Below, one piece after another: positions 28,225-36,630 of a DNA stretch of 64,000 bases. Each line of letters starts with the position of its first letter. The first letter of the stretch is position 1. The stretch spans positions 43,374 through 107,373 of the forward strand of contig CAZKFD010000011.1 of NCBI GenBank assembly GCA_964551995.1, given 5' to 3'. The stretch is from an uncultured Eubacteriales bacterium. GTDB lineage: Bacteria; Acidobacteriota; Aminicenantia; Aminicenantales; Saccharicenantaceae. The notes beneath the pieces were generated by a model that was given only the letters and a program-made list of their open reading frames with translations, made no database searches and had not been told where the DNA came from. The position numbers and the translations under genes are program-made.

Positions 28225-29283
28225 ATGCGCCGGGAAACGATGTCGCCGCGCGAGCGATGGCAGGCTGTCCTCCGGAGGGAAAAGCCCGACCGGGTTCCCA
28301 TGGACTTCTGGGGCACGGACGAGGCGGTCGCGTCGCTGGCGAAGCATCTCGGCTGCGGCGGCAAGCGGGAGGCCCTTGAGAGGCTCCATGTCGATTTCGT
28401 GGTCAAGGCGATCCCCTCTTACGTCGGCCCTCCTCTCGCGCCCGGCTCCGACCCCTTCGGGCGTCTGTACAGGAAAGTAGCCTTCGGCGGCGGCGTCTAT
28501 GACGAGTGCGTCAACAGCCCTCTTGCGGCTTACGGCTCTGTCGAGGAGATCGAACGGGGCTACGCCTGGCCGAGCCCGGATTGGTGGGATTACGGCTCCC
28601 TGGCCGCCCGGCTCGAAGGGCTTGAGCGATACCCCGTCCAGGGGGGCGGCTCCGAACCTTTCCTGATCTACAAAGACCTCCGCGGCCAGGAGCAGGCCTT
28701 TGTCGACCTCGTCGAGAACCCTGAGATGGTCGATTACTGCCTGGACAAACTCTTCGCCCTAGCCTATGAGGACACCCTGCGGACGCTCGGGGCCCTTCCC
28801 GGCCGCGTCCTGTTCACGTATGTGGCCGAGGACATGGGCGGCCAGAACGATCTGATGCTCTCCGTCACCCATATCCGCAGCTTCCTCCTCCCCCGGATGA
28901 AGCGGATCATCGACCTCTCACACGACGGCGGCGCCTACGTCTTCCACCACAACGACGGCGCGATCCGCCGCATCATCCCGGACATGATCGAGGCCGGAAT
29001 CGACCTCCTCAACCCGATCCAATGGCGGTGCGGCGGCATGGACAGGGAGGTCCTGAAGAGGGATTTCGGCTCCCGGGTCGTTTTCCACGGCGGCATCGAC
29101 AATCAGCAGACGCTGCCCTTCGGGAGCGCGTCCGAAGTCCGGCGGGAGGTGCTCGACAACCTGAGGATCCTGGGCCGGGACGGCGGCTACATCCTGGCGC
29201 CCTGTCACAATATCCAGGCCCTGACCCCGCCCGAAAACATCGTGGCCGTGTACGAAACAGGCTATGAGAACGGCTGGAGCTGA
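28225..29283 (+). CDS. uroporphyrinogen decarboxylase (URO-D)-like family protein (MtaA/CmuA-like TIM barrel)
   Basis: 352 aa with URO-D family-like blocks (RVPMDFWGTDEA, GGQNDLMLSV..., VFHGGIDNQQTLPFGS). Start is ambiguous between the ATGs at 28225 and 28240. Confidence 0.8.
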   Translation: MRRETMSPRERWQAVLRREKPDRVPMDFWGTDEAVASLAKHLGCGGKREALERLHVDFVVKAIPSYVGPPLAPGSDPFGRLYRKVAFGGGVYDECVNSPLAAYGSVEEIERGYAWPSPDWWDYGSLAARLEGLERYPVQGGGSEPFLIYKDLRGQEQAFVDLVENPEMVDYCLDKLFALAYEDTLRTLGALPGRVLFTYVAEDMGGQNDLMLSVTHIRSFLLPRMKRIIDLSHDGGAYVFHHNDGAIRRIIPDMIEAGIDLLNPIQWRCGGMDREVLKRDFGSRVVFHGGIDNQQTLPFGSASEVRREVLDNLRILGRDGGYILAPCHNIQALTPPENIVAVYETGYENGWS

Positions 29284-29361
29284 GTCCGTCCCCCGGAGCC
29301 CGGGCGCCTCGGCCTCCGGCGGATGACCCGGGGGAGCGGCCGGGTTCATTAGGAGGACGAC

Positions 29362-29716
29362 ATGAGGACGAGACGAGCTGCCGTCTCTTGGCTGGTCATC
29401 GCCGCGGCGGGAGCGATCATCCTGACAGGAAAGGCACAAGCCTACGGATCGGAGCCCTCCCGTCTCGGCGGCGGGAGAGCGTCGTCCGCGGCCCCTTCCG
29501 ATCCCTGCACCAGCCTCTGGTATGCCCATCCCGCCGATAAGTGTGAGGACGGCTTTCCGGTCGGGAACTGACGGCTCGGGACCATGGTCCCCGGCAGGAC
29601 CGACGAAGAAGACATCTCGCTCAACGAAGAGACCTGCTGGTCGGGCGGTCCGCTTCATGTCGCTGGAAGTAGGCGTGACCGAGTTCGAAACCCGGCCGGC
29701 CAGAGCTTCCTCGTGA
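29362..29716 (+). pseudogene. remnant of a GH95 alpha-L-fucosidase gene (signal peptide plus about 40 aa of the conserved N-terminus), with in-frame TGA and 3' truncation
   Basis: AGGAGG RBS and signal peptide (MRTRRAAVSWLVIAAAGAIILTG). Then SLWYAHPADKCEDGFPVGN*RLGTMVPGRTDEEDISLNEETCWSGGP matches the GH95 N-terminal consensus LWYxxPAxxWxEALPIGNGRLGAMV...LNEDTLWSGGP. TGA (29569..29571) replaces the conserved Gly codon. Homology is lost after about 29650. Confidence 0.6.
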
Positions 29717-29926
29717 GAGCCCGGTGAGACGCCTGAGCGCGCCGGGGGGCCCACGGCCATTGAAGTTCGGCGCGAGAAGCGATATGTTGAGTCTCCTCCG
29801 CCGGCCAGGGGCCGGAGGCCCGAGGATGAGGCCGATTTCGGGCGTCCTCGGTCCCGGCGGGACGCCGGGCGGATGGAGCCGCCCCCGGGCGGACGATGAC
29901 GGATAAAAAAGAGGAGGCCAGCCGTG

Positions 29927-32200
29927 ATGAGAAAACGTTTCGTCCTGATCCTTCTCGTCGTATTGATGGCGGGACTCGGCGTGCCGCGCGTCGGCGCGGC
30001 CCCGGACAAGCCTGCGGACCCGATCTTGACGATCGACCGCATCTTCGCCTCGCGGGAATTCATCCCCGAGCGCTTCGGCCCGGCCCGCTGGATGAAGGAC
30101 GGAGAATCCTACACGACGCTCGAACCGAGCGCGGCGGCGAAGGGCGGACGGGACCTCGTCCTCCACGACGCCAAGACCGGGAAGCGGGATGTCCTTGTCT
30201 CCGCCGCCCGGCTCGTCCCCCCCGGCGCGTCTGAGCCGCTGTCCATCGAGAACTATGACTGGTCTCCCGACGGCAAGGTCCTGATCATCTTCTCGAACTC
30301 CAAGCGCGTCTGGCGCCAGAACACGCGCGGCGACTACTGGACCTTCGACCTCCGCTCGGGCCGACTCCACAAGCTCGGAGCGGAGTTCGAGGCGTCGACC
30401 CTCATGTTCGCCAAGCTCTCGCCGGACGGGCGGCTGGCGGCCTACGTCGTCCAGCATAATATCTATGACGAAGAGCTCGCGACGGGCTTGGTCCGGCAGC
30501 TCACGTTCGACGGCGACGCGGACACGGTCAACGGGACGTCCGACTGGGTCAACGAGGAGGAGCTCGACATCCGCGACGGGTTCCGCTGGAGCCCCGACAG
30601 CCAGTCCATCGCCTTCTGGCAGTTCAACACGCGCGGCGTCGGCCTCTTTTCGATGATCAACAACACGGATGCCGCGTACCCCGAGATCATCAGTTTCACG
30701 TACCCCGAGGCCGGGACCACGAACTCGGCGGTCCGGGTGGGCGTCGTCTCCGCCGGCGGGTCCGCGCCCGTCTGGATGAAGGCCCCCGGCGACCCCCGGA
30801 ACAATTATATCCCGAGGCTCGAGTGGGCCGGGAACTCCCGGGAGGTCATCTTCCAACAGCTCAACCGCCTGCAGAACACGGACAGGGTCTTCATCGGAGA
30901 GGCCGCGACCGGCGACGTGCGGCCGATCTTCACGGACAGGGACGAAGCCTGGGTCGACATCATGCCCGAGTTCATCTGGCTGGCCGGCGGAGAAAGCCTT
31001 CTCTGGTTGAGCGAGAGGGACGGCTGGAGACACGTTTACGCCGTGCCCCGCGCCGAAGGGGACATCAAGTTGCTGACGCCGGGCGACTACGATGTCGTAA
31101 GCATCGACGGCCTGGATGAAAGGGGGGGCCGGCTCTATATCACGGCGTCGCCCGATGACGGCACGAAGCGCTTCATCTACTGCGTCCGGCTGGACGGCCG
31201 GGGAAAGCCGGAGCGCGTCGGCCCGGCGAACCAAACGGGCGTCCACCGCATAGACGTCTCCCCTTCGGGCCGCTGGGCATTCCATACCTGGTCGAGTCTG
31301 GATACCCCTCCCGAGACCGAACTCGTACGCTTTCCCGGGGGGGAGAGCGTCCGCGTTCTCGCCGCCGATAAGGAGCTCCGGGCCAAGGTGGACGCGCTCA
31401 AGCGGAACAGGGTCGAGTTCTTCAAGCTCGCGATCGGCGGCGGCGTCCGGGTGGACGGCTGGCGCATCCTGCCGCCGGATTTCGATCCGGCCAAAAGGTA
31501 CCCGCTGTTCGTCTATGTCTACGGGGAGCCGGCCGGCCAGACCGTCCAGGACGGCTGGGGAGGGAACACCTACCTCTGGCATCTGATGCTTGCCCAGCGG
31601 GGATACATCATCGCCAGCTTCGACAACCACGGGACGCCGGCGCCGCGCGGCCGGGCTTGGCGCAAGAGCATCTACCGGCAGGTCGGCATCCTCGCCTCGG
31701 CGGACCAGGCCGCGGCGGCCCGGGCGGCCATCGCCGCTTGGCCGTTCGTCGATCCCGATCGGGTCGGGATCTGGGGCTGGAGCGGGGGCGGCTCGATGAC
31801 CCTCAACGCCATGTTCCGCTACCCCGGCCTCTACAAGACGGGGATCTCCGTCGCCGCCGTGCCGGACATGCGGCTCTACGATACGATCTACCAGGAACGC
31901 TATATGGGACTCCCGCAGGAGAACGAGGAGGGGTACCGCGACGGTTCGCCGATCACTTTCGCGAAGCAGCTTGAGGGGCGGCTCCTGATCGTTCACGGCA
32001 CGGGCGACGACAACGTCCATTACCAGGGCTTCGAGAGGCTGATCAACGAGCTTGTGGCCCATATCAAGCCGTTCACGATGATGTCCTATCCTAACCGCAC
32101 CCACGGGATCTTCGAAGGCCAGGGCACAACGCGCCACCTTTACAATCTGTTTCTATGGTTTCTGGGCGAGAACCTGCCGCCGGGAGCCAGGGCGCATTGA
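29927..32200 (+). CDS. S9B family dipeptidyl-peptidase IV-like serine peptidase, secreted
   Basis: GAGGAGG is 9 nt upstream of the ATG at 29927 (the track's 29924 is a GTG). Signal peptide MRKRFVLILLVVLMAGLGVP. DPP4 beta-propeller region, then alpha/beta-hydrolase domain with GWSGGGSM (nucleophile Ser), and a C-terminal Asp/His. Confidence 0.9.
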   Translation: MRKRFVLILLVVLMAGLGVPRVGAAPDKPADPILTIDRIFASREFIPERFGPARWMKDGESYTTLEPSAAAKGGRDLVLHDAKTGKRDVLVSAARLVPPGASEPLSIENYDWSPDGKVLIIFSNSKRVWRQNTRGDYWTFDLRSGRLHKLGAEFEASTLMFAKLSPDGRLAAYVVQHNIYDEELATGLVRQLTFDGDADTVNGTSDWVNEEELDIRDGFRWSPDSQSIAFWQFNTRGVGLFSMINNTDAAYPEIISFTYPEAGTTNSAVRVGVVSAGGSAPVWMKAPGDPRNNYIPRLEWAGNSREVIFQQLNRLQNTDRVFIGEAATGDVRPIFTDRDEAWVDIMPEFIWLAGGESLLWLSERDGWRHVYAVPRAEGDIKLLTPGDYDVVSIDGLDERGGRLYITASPDDGTKRFIYCVRLDGRGKPERVGPANQTGVHRIDVSPSGRWAFHTWSSLDTPPETELVRFPGGESVRVLAADKELRAKVDALKRNRVEFFKLAIGGGVRVDGWRILPPDFDPAKRYPLFVYVYGEPAGQTVQDGWGGNTYLWHLMLAQRGYIIASFDNHGTPAPRGRAWRKSIYRQVGILASADQAAAARAAIAAWPFVDPDRVGIWGWSGGGSMTLNAMFRYPGLYKTGISVAAVPDMRLYDTIYQERYMGLPQENEEGYRDGSPITFAKQLEGRLLIVHGTGDDNVHYQGFERLINELVAHIKPFTMMSYPNRTHGIFEGQGTTRHLYNLFLWFLGENLPPGARAH

Positions 32201-32597
32201 ACGCGCCCTTCGGGGATGGAACGGAATCCTCATACCTCCGGTTGACGGGCGCGCTGGGAACGTATTCCGGGCTGTTCATGACCATCTTCCTGATGAGCAG
32301 GACCATGCGCTCTCCGAGCCCTCCCCCCGTATCGGCCACCAGGTACCGGACGGCCCGCATCGTATCGTCGAAAAAGAAGTCGCCGACCTTGCCCACGTCG
32401 CCGTCGGTGGCCACGATCTGGTAACCGAGAAGTTCCTTGACGCTTCTCAGCGCTTGATGAGCTTCTGCCTGAATAGGGGACGGAAGCCGGCCGCCGGTTC
32501 GCGCCCACTCTGCACCGTTCCCGGGAGACGGGAGCCGATTGAAAAGCCCCCGGCCGGGGCCTATAATGGCCGTGGGCCGTTCAGGGCCGTGATTCAT
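32091..32597 (-). CDS. PRC-barrel domain protein (tentative boundaries)
   Basis: SVKELLGYQIVATDGDVGKVGDFFFDDTMRAVRYLVADTGG is a clear PRC-barrel signature. The ATG at 32597 lacks an obvious RBS. The 3' end overlaps the S9B gene by about 110 nt, so the N- and C-termini are uncertain. Confidence 0.45.
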   Translation of the reverse strand: MNHGPERPTAIIGPGRGLFNRLPSPGNGAEWARTGGRLPSPIQAEAHQALRSVKELLGYQIVATDGDVGKVGDFFFDDTMRAVRYLVADTGGGLGERMVLLIRKMVMNSPEYVPSAPVNRRYEDSVPSPKGAFNAPWLPAAGSRPETIETDCKGGALCPGLRRSRGCG

Positions 32598-32619
32598 CCA
32601 TGGGCCGACGGAGGGGACG

Positions 32620-33387
32620 ATGGCAAAGTTATCCATGCGGAGGAACCTGGCGCTCGCGGCGACGGCCCTTCTCCTGATGCTGGCCGGGGGTCCGTTCCCG
32701 GCCCGCGGGCAGAACGCCGCATCCGACGAGGGCGTCCGTGCCCGGGTCGAACAGAAGTTCATGAAGGAGGGGCTCCTCGTCGGTAACGACATCCATGTGA
32801 CGGTCGAGAACCGGACCGTGACTCTGACCGGCAATGTCAGGACCCTGGCCCAGGCCGAGACGGCTCGGAAGGCCGCGGAGTCCGAGGCCAAAGGGTACAA
32901 AGTCATGAGCCGCCTCGAAGCGGCCGGGCCGGACCGGCCCATTCGGCAGATCGCCGAGAGCATCATGAGTGCTATCGATAAGTATCCCTCGTATTATATT
33001 TTCGATTCTGTCGGCGTCGGCATCGACGACGCGGGTGTGACCACTCTCAAGGGCTGGACGTATTATCCCTGGAGCGCCGAGGACTTCGTCAAGATCGCCG
33101 AGAACCAGCCGGGCGTCACGAAGATCAAGAACGAGATTACGCGGCTGATGAGCATGAGCTCCGACACGGCGCTACGCTTTCAGGTCGCCCGGCTGATCTA
33201 CAGGCGGCCGCTGGCCGCTTCTTTCGCCCGCATGAGCGGGCCGATCCACATCATCGTGAACAACAGCGTGGTCACGCTGGTGGGGACCGTCCGGAGTGAG
33301 AGCGACAGGAGCAGTTACGAACAGATGGTCCGCAGCAATACGGGGGCGCTTAACGTCATCAACGAGCTCCGGGTCAGCGGGAAGTGA
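32620..33387 (+). CDS. BON domain-containing secreted protein (OsmY-like, three BON repeats)
   Basis: Signal peptide MAKLSMRRNLALAATALLLMLAGGP. Repeated BON-like segments (VTVENRTVTLTGNV..., GVGIDDAGVTTLKGW..., IIVNNSVVTLVGTV...). Confidence 0.85.
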   Translation: MAKLSMRRNLALAATALLLMLAGGPFPARGQNAASDEGVRARVEQKFMKEGLLVGNDIHVTVENRTVTLTGNVRTLAQAETARKAAESEAKGYKVMSRLEAAGPDRPIRQIAESIMSAIDKYPSYYIFDSVGVGIDDAGVTTLKGWTYYPWSAEDFVKIAENQPGVTKIKNEITRLMSMSSDTALRFQVARLIYRRPLAASFARMSGPIHIIVNNSVVTLVGTVRSESDRSSYEQMVRSNTGALNVINELRVSGK

Positions 33388-33484
33388 CCGGGAGGCATTG
33401 GCGCCCGCAAGGGGGTCGCAGGAAACGGCGGGTCGTGGTATACTCGGGCAGCCCCGCGGCCGGCCGCCCCGGGCGCCGACGGTC

Positions 33485-34057
33485 ATGAAGAAACCGGGCT
33501 ATCTCAGGCAGTATATCGGCGACAAGGACGTCGGCGCCCTGCATCCGAGCTCTCACTTTCTCGTCCGGCGGCTCATCCGGTGCCTGCGTCCCGGGTCCAT
33601 CGGGACCCTGGTCGAGTTCGGTCCGGGGCCAGGCGTTTCGACCCGCCCGATCCTGGAGGTCATCCCCGAGTCGGCCCGCTACGTCGCCATCGAGAAGAAC
33701 CCCGCCTTCCTGGCGGCGCTGAGGTCGGAGATCACGGACCCCCGGCTCCTGGCCGTCGAGGGGGACGCCCGGTCGGCCGGCGACATCCTGTCGGGGCTGG
33801 GGATCGTGACCGCCGATGCCGTCATCGCCAGCATTCCGTTCTCGTTTTTATCCCGCGACGAGCGGGGGGCGATGCTCGACACGGTTTATTCGATCCTGGC
33901 CGACGACGGCGACTTCGTGATCTTCCACCAGTTCTCCCTCATGATGCGCTCGGAGTTGAAAGAGAGGTTTGCCGGCGTCCGGGTCCATTTCGAGCCGCGC
34001 AACGTCTTCCCCTGTTTCCTGCTCCACTGCAGAAAGCAGCCCCGGCGGGAGGTTTGA
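33485..34057 (+). CDS. small class I SAM-dependent methyltransferase
   Basis: MKKPGYLRQYIGDKDVGALHPS... with motif I LVEFGPGPGVST. 190 aa. An extended -10 (TGgTATACT at 33435..33443) lies upstream. The track's 33296 start adds 63 aa of non-coding sequence. Confidence 0.8.
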   Translation: MKKPGYLRQYIGDKDVGALHPSSHFLVRRLIRCLRPGSIGTLVEFGPGPGVSTRPILEVIPESARYVAIEKNPAFLAALRSEITDPRLLAVEGDARSAGDILSGLGIVTADAVIASIPFSFLSRDERGAMLDTVYSILADDGDFVIFHQFSLMMRSELKERFAGVRVHFEPRNVFPCFLLHCRKQPRREV

Positions 34058-34133
34058 ACGAATTTTTAGGAAAAGTTCAGTGGGGGAAGCCGGGAAGGGG
34101 TGATATCCTGCGGAGGAGCGAAAGGCCGACTCC

Positions 34134-34817
34134 TTGAACATCCTGGTTATAGAGGACGAAAAGAAAGTCGCTCAGGCCCTCAAGAAGGGGCTGACGGCCG
34201 AGCGCTACGAGGTCGAAGTCGCGCTAACGGGCGAAGAGGGCTTTCTCCTGGTCTGCTCAGAGACCTTCGACCTCATCATCCTGGACCTCATGTTGCCCGG
34301 CCGGGACGGCATGGAAATCCTTCGGGCGCTCCGCCAGAACAACGTTCGGACGCCCGTCCTGATCCTGACGGCCAGAGACGCCGTCGGTGACAAGATCCTC
34401 GGCCTGGACCTGGGGGCGGACGATTACCTCATCAAGCCTTTTGCCTTTCCCGAGCTGACGGCCAGGATCCGGGCCCTGCTGAGGCGGGGCCGCGGCGAGC
34501 CGCCGACGAAGCTGGGCCTCGCCGACCTCGAAATGGACCTCCTCGAGCGGACGGTCCTGCGCGCCAAGCAGGTCATCTCGCTGACGGTCAAGGAATTCGA
34601 GCTGCTCGAGTTCCTCCTCCGCAATCAGGGGCATGTCGTCACGCGGGAGATGCTGGCCCGGGACGTCTGGAAGGAAACAATGCGGGCGACCCCGCTGGAT
34701 AACGTGATCGATGTCCACATCGGCCGGCTGCGCAAGAAAATCGACGAGCCGTTCCCCCGGAGGCTGCTCCACACCGTGCGGGGGGTCGGGTTCATCCTTT
34801 CGGAGAAAGCATCGTGA
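34134..34817 (+). CDS. OmpR-family response regulator
   Basis: Receiver domain (MNILVIEDE...DLIILDLMLPGRDG...LTARD) plus a winged-helix trans_reg_C domain (LTVKEFELLEFLLRNQGHVVTRE). Confidence 0.9.
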   Translation: MNILVIEDEKKVAQALKKGLTAERYEVEVALTGEEGFLLVCSETFDLIILDLMLPGRDGMEILRALRQNNVRTPVLILTARDAVGDKILGLDLGADDYLIKPFAFPELTARIRALLRRGRGEPPTKLGLADLEMDLLERTVLRAKQVISLTVKEFELLEFLLRNQGHVVTREMLARDVWKETMRATPLDNVIDVHIGRLRKKIDEPFPRRLLHTVRGVGFILSEKAS

Positions 34818-36172
34818 GCTTCCGTCCCTCGAGCGTGCGCGTCCGGCTGACCCTCTGGTATACCCTAATCCTGGCGGGCATCGTCGTCGTCTTTTCGCTC
34901 GTCGTCTTCTACTTCGTCAGGGCCAGCCTCTACCGTCAGCTTGACCGTCAGCTGGACGCGTATTTCCAGGAGATCTCCCAGGCCTCGTCCGAGGAGCCGG
35001 GCAAGATCCCCGACTTTGAAACCCAGGGTGCCACGGAGTTTTTTCAGCTCGTCAAAGGCGGAAAGCTCTTCTTCGAGACTCCGGCCTACGGGAGGTCCGG
35101 CCTGCCGGTCTTCGGCCCGTCGTCCGCCTCCGGCACCCGGACGCTCCGGTCCCCGGCCGGCGCCCGGTTCCGCTTGAAGACGGGGCCGGCCGCAGGGGAA
35201 GTTCGTCTCACGGTCGCCGTCGAAGCTGGGCCCGTGCGGACGGCTCTCCAAACGCTTGCCGTCATCCTCTTGCTCGTCCTCCCCGCCGCTCTCGTTCTGG
35301 CGGCTTTCGGGGGATATGTCATGGCCGGACGCCTCCTGAAACCCGTCGCTGGCCTGGCCGCCCGGGCTGACAAAATCTCGGCCGAGAACCTGTCGGCGCG
35401 GCTGCCGGTGGAAAATCCGCGCGACGAGTTCGGGCAGCTGGCAGGCGTCTTCAACCGCACCTTGTCCCGCCTGGAGGACTCCTTCGAGCGGCTGCGCCGC
35501 TTCACGGCCGACGCGTCCCATGAGCTGAGGACGCCCCTGACGATGATCCGGAGCGTCGGGGAAGTCGCGCTCGAGGAGGACCTGGACCCGGCCGCCTACC
35601 GTGACCGGATCGGCAGCATGCTTGAAGACGTCAGCCGGCTGACCCGCCTCGTCGACGACCTCCTGACGCTCACGCGGGGCGATTCCCGGGCTGTGGAGCT
35701 TCGGCGTCGTGAGGCCGATGTCGGCCGCCTGGTTGAACGAGCGGTTGAAGATATGCGCCCCCTGGCCGAGGAAAAAAACCAGAGCCTGATCCTGCCACCG
35801 GAAGGGCCGGCCGCGATTCTTGCGGACGAGGCGACGCTGAGGCTGGCGCTGGTCAACCTTTTGGACAATGCCATCAAATACACTCCCGAGGCGGGCGAGA
35901 TCACGGTCCGTTCCCGTGTCCGCGGAGACGAGGTCCTTATCGAAGTCGCGGACACGGGCCCCGGCATCCCACCCGGATACGGAGACCGGATATTCGACCG
36001 GTTTTACCGGGTCGAAAGGGGCCGGTCAAGTCCGTCCGGAGGAGCCGGGCTGGGCCTGTCCATCGCCAAGTGGGCGGTGGAAGCGAACGGCGGGCGGATT
36101 GAATGGGAATCCCGGGAGGGAGAAGGAACCACCTTCCGCCTCGTCTTTCCCGTTATTCCCAAGAGAACCTGA
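34814..36172 (+). CDS. sensor histidine kinase (2 TM, HAMP, HisKA, HATPase_c)
   Basis: GTG start overlaps the response-regulator stop by 4 nt. H-box FTADASHELRTPLT, N-box LVNLLDNAIKYT, G-boxes DTGPGIP and GGAGLGLSI. Confidence 0.9.
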   Translation: MSFRPSSVRVRLTLWYTLILAGIVVVFSLVVFYFVRASLYRQLDRQLDAYFQEISQASSEEPGKIPDFETQGATEFFQLVKGGKLFFETPAYGRSGLPVFGPSSASGTRTLRSPAGARFRLKTGPAAGEVRLTVAVEAGPVRTALQTLAVILLLVLPAALVLAAFGGYVMAGRLLKPVAGLAARADKISAENLSARLPVENPRDEFGQLAGVFNRTLSRLEDSFERLRRFTADASHELRTPLTMIRSVGEVALEEDLDPAAYRDRIGSMLEDVSRLTRLVDDLLTLTRGDSRAVELRRREADVGRLVERAVEDMRPLAEEKNQSLILPPEGPAAILADEATLRLALVNLLDNAIKYTPEAGEITVRSRVRGDEVLIEVADTGPGIPPGYGDRIFDRFYRVERGRSSPSGGAGLGLSIAKWAVEANGGRIEWESREGEGTTFRLVFPVIPKRT

Positions 36173-36184
36173 GAGGAGGAAATC

Positions 36185-36559
36185 ATGCGTCGTTGCGCCG
36201 TCCCATCCGTCCTGGCGGGTGCGTTCGTCTTCGTTCTGTCGTTGGCGGCGCCGTCCCCATCTGCCGGCCGGCAGGGCCACGAACGCGGAACTGGAGGGGA
36301 GACGCATATGCCTCCCGCCGTGGCCCGGGCGGTCGAGGCCAACTGCGGTCGCAACGGTCAATCAGGTCGAGAAATCCGAGGTCCGGGCCGAAATCCGCAA
36401 GGCAGGCAAAAAGGGCACCATCGCCAAGCTCGTTCCCCCGAAGCATGTCTATGAGGCGGAACTGGTCAAGGGAGAGCGCAGGGGTGAAGTTCAGGTGTCG
36501 CCCGACGGCAAGATTGTCGAAGGCGCCAAATGGGGTGCCGGGGATTTCCCAAGTCGGTA
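36185..36559 (+). pseudogene. small secreted PepSY-like protein, apparently frameshifted
   Basis: A strong RBS (GAGAGGAGGAAATC-ATG) and signal peptide (MRRCAVPSVLAGAFVFVLSLAAPSPSA) lie in one frame and stop at 36454. The PepSY-like body (PTAVATVNQVEKSEVRAEIRKAGKKGTIAKLVPPKHVYEAELVKGERRGEVQVSPDGKIVE) is in the +1 frame and ends at 36559. The junction falls between about 36270 and 36340, at a G4 run (36296..36299) or the CCCGGG run. Confidence 0.5.
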
Positions 36560-36630
36560 GCGCGGCAAGGAATAAGCGGATAGAATAGTGGGGACATAAA
36601 CGCTCGCGAGGAGTCCCGGAAGAGAGGTCC

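Noticed and set aside
29569-29571. TGA at a conserved Gly position raised the idea of a TGA-to-Gly (code 25) or TGA-to-Trp (code 4) genetic code, or of selenocysteine.
   Set aside because: The genome is GC-rich, and many well-supported genes here terminate with TGA at lengths matching their families (araD, the BsuPI protein, the RND permease and others). The GH95 gene is independently truncated. No SECIS-like context is evident.
32091-32200. 110-bp overlap between the PRC-barrel ORF 3' end and the S9B peptidase gene; a possible additional frameshift in the PRC-barrel gene.
   Set aside because: I cannot decide from sequence alone. The PRC-barrel core is clear, but the termini are uncertain, so it is reported as a tentative CDS rather than a finding.
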